DNA from: Felis catus
Lineage: Eukaryota
DNA: 64,000 nucleotides
Direction: 5' to 3'
Assembly: GCF_018350175.1 (NCBI RefSeq)
Contig: NC_058368.1
Coordinates: forward strand, 101,186,001-101,250,000
Shown: positions 63,210-64,000 of the stretch, piece after piece
Layout: the number at the start of each line of letters is the position of its first letter
How positions within the stretch are numbered: position 1 is the stretch's first letter
Translations under genes and position numbers: made by a program
The notes under the pieces: model-generated
Seen by the model: the letters and a program-made list of their open reading frames with translations, nothing else
Databases searched by the model: none
What the model was told of the DNA's origin: nothing

Positions 63210-64000
63210 TCATTTATTTTATTTTATTTTTTTAATATAATTTATTGTCAAATTGGCTTACATACAACACCCAGTGCTCCTCCCAACAGGTGCCCTCCTC
63301 AATGCCCATCACCCATTCTCCCCTCTCCCCCAACCCCCATCAACCCTCAGTTCTCTCTATTTAATTAAGAGTCTCTTATGGTTTGCCTCCCTCCCTCTCT
63401 GTTTGTAGCTATTTTTCCCCTCCCCCCCTCCATGGTCTTCTGTTAAGTTTCTCAAGATCCACATATGAGTGAAAACATAAGGTATCTGTCTTTCTCTGAC
63501 TCACTTATTTCGCTCAGCATTGCGAGCTCAGCATAGCCCCCCATTGCTATCCACGTGACTCCAAATGGCAGGATTTCATTCCTTCTCATTGCCAAGTATT
63601 ATTCCGTCGTATATATAAACCACATCTTCTTTATCCATTCGTCAGTTGATGGACATTTAGGCTCTTTCCATAATTTGGCTATTGTTGAAAGTGCTGCTAT
63701 CAACATTGGGGTACCAGTGCCCCTATGCATCAGCACTCCTATATCCCTTGGGTAAATTCCTAGCAGTTCCATTGCTGGGTCCTAGGATAGACCTATTTTG
63801 AATTTTTTGAGGAACCTCCACACTGTTTTCCAGAGCGGCTGCACCAGTTTGCATTCCCACCAACAGTGCAAGAGGGTTCCCGTTTCTCCACATCCTCTCC
63901 AGCATCTATAGTCTCCTGATTTGTTCATTTTAGCTGCTCTGACTGGTGTGAGCTGATATCTCAGTGTGGTTTTGGTTTGTATTTTCCTGATGAGGAGTGA
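63210..64000 (-). mobile_element. Felid LINE-1 3' end, running off the window
   Basis: Collinear with and highly similar to the L1 starting at 28531. Confidence 0.96.

Overview
Mammalian genomic DNA, almost certainly felid (cat family): about 35 tRNA-derived carnivore SINEs of SINEC_Fc type plus felid-type L1 3' ends. The only protein-coding sequence I can support is the 3' end of PRDM6 on the + strand: a 177-nt zinc-finger exon (6688-6864) and the terminal coding exon (14367-14481, ending ...PESIEVD*), followed by a 3' UTR with alternative poly(A) signals and an AU-rich element. The rest is intronic or intergenic, with SINEs, L1/L2/MIR relics, MaLR/ERV LTRs (including an apparent two-LTR MLT1 provirus), microsatellites and several repeat-free blocks that look regulatory. 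I found no evidence of a new protein-coding system; the supplied ORFs are spurious or derive from repeats. The best leads are non-coding: a cluster of stem-loops in the last PRDM6 intron, inverted SINEs flanking an in-frame skippable zinc-finger exon, a ~20 kb stretch where every SINE, L1 and LTR lies on one strand, and a 30-bp palindromic insertion in one LTR. Repeat family names come from recalled consensus sequences, and repeat boundaries are approximate.
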